From the human T2T-CHM13v2.0 reference genome, Homo sapiens: 64,000 bases of DNA. How positions within the stretch are numbered: position 1 is the first letter of the stretch; each line of letters opens with the position of its first letter. The DNA is taken from the NCBI RefSeq assembly GCF_009914755.1, contig NC_060927.1. One strand, 5' to 3'. The position numbers were made by a program, and so were the translations under genes. This document shows positions 63,821 through 64,000 of this stretch, piece after piece. The notes under the pieces are model-generated. The model was not told the DNA's origin. It saw only the letters and a list, made by a program, of their open reading frames with translations, and did not search any database.

Positions 63821-63905
63821 AAAAAGCTGAATGAGAATTTCTAATTGAAATCAAGCAAAACACAAAAAACTGAATGAGAATTGCTATTTGAAATCAAGCA
63901 GAACA
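63821..63905 (+). repeat. 43-bp tandem duplication
   Basis: aaaa(g/a)ctgaatgagaatt(t/g)cta(a/t)ttgaaatcaagca x2. Confidence 0.85.
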
Positions 63906-64000
63906 AGATTTAGTTACATGGGAGTGAACTTATAAAAGAAGGAAAAGATTTTATCCATGGCCCTCCCATTAGAAACATTGTTGATCCTCTTTATGTTTTG

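Overview
Human/primate pericentromeric-type genomic DNA, almost entirely repeat-derived. It opens with ~2 kb of diverged (GGAAT/GGAGT)n HSat3-type satellite punctuated by an amplified Alu 3' fragment. An abrupt junction leads into AT-rich, Alu-poor sequence holding old repeats (MIR, L2, CR1/L3, MER DNA transposons, solo LTRs), three truncated L1PA insertions and one full-length but inactivated L1PA4-like element (18.9-25.0 kb). At 50.6-57.3 kb there is a three-level nest: an L1 is interrupted by a HERV-K14/HML-1 provirus, itself interrupted by a HERV-K9/HML-3 provirus, and all three are cut off at ~57.28 kb. Beyond that lies an Alu-dense MER4-group ERV1 internal region. I recognise no intact host gene or RNA gene and see no evidence for a novel biological system; the interesting signals are structural and evolutionary. 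All family and subfamily names are recalled from consensus sequences, not from a database search.
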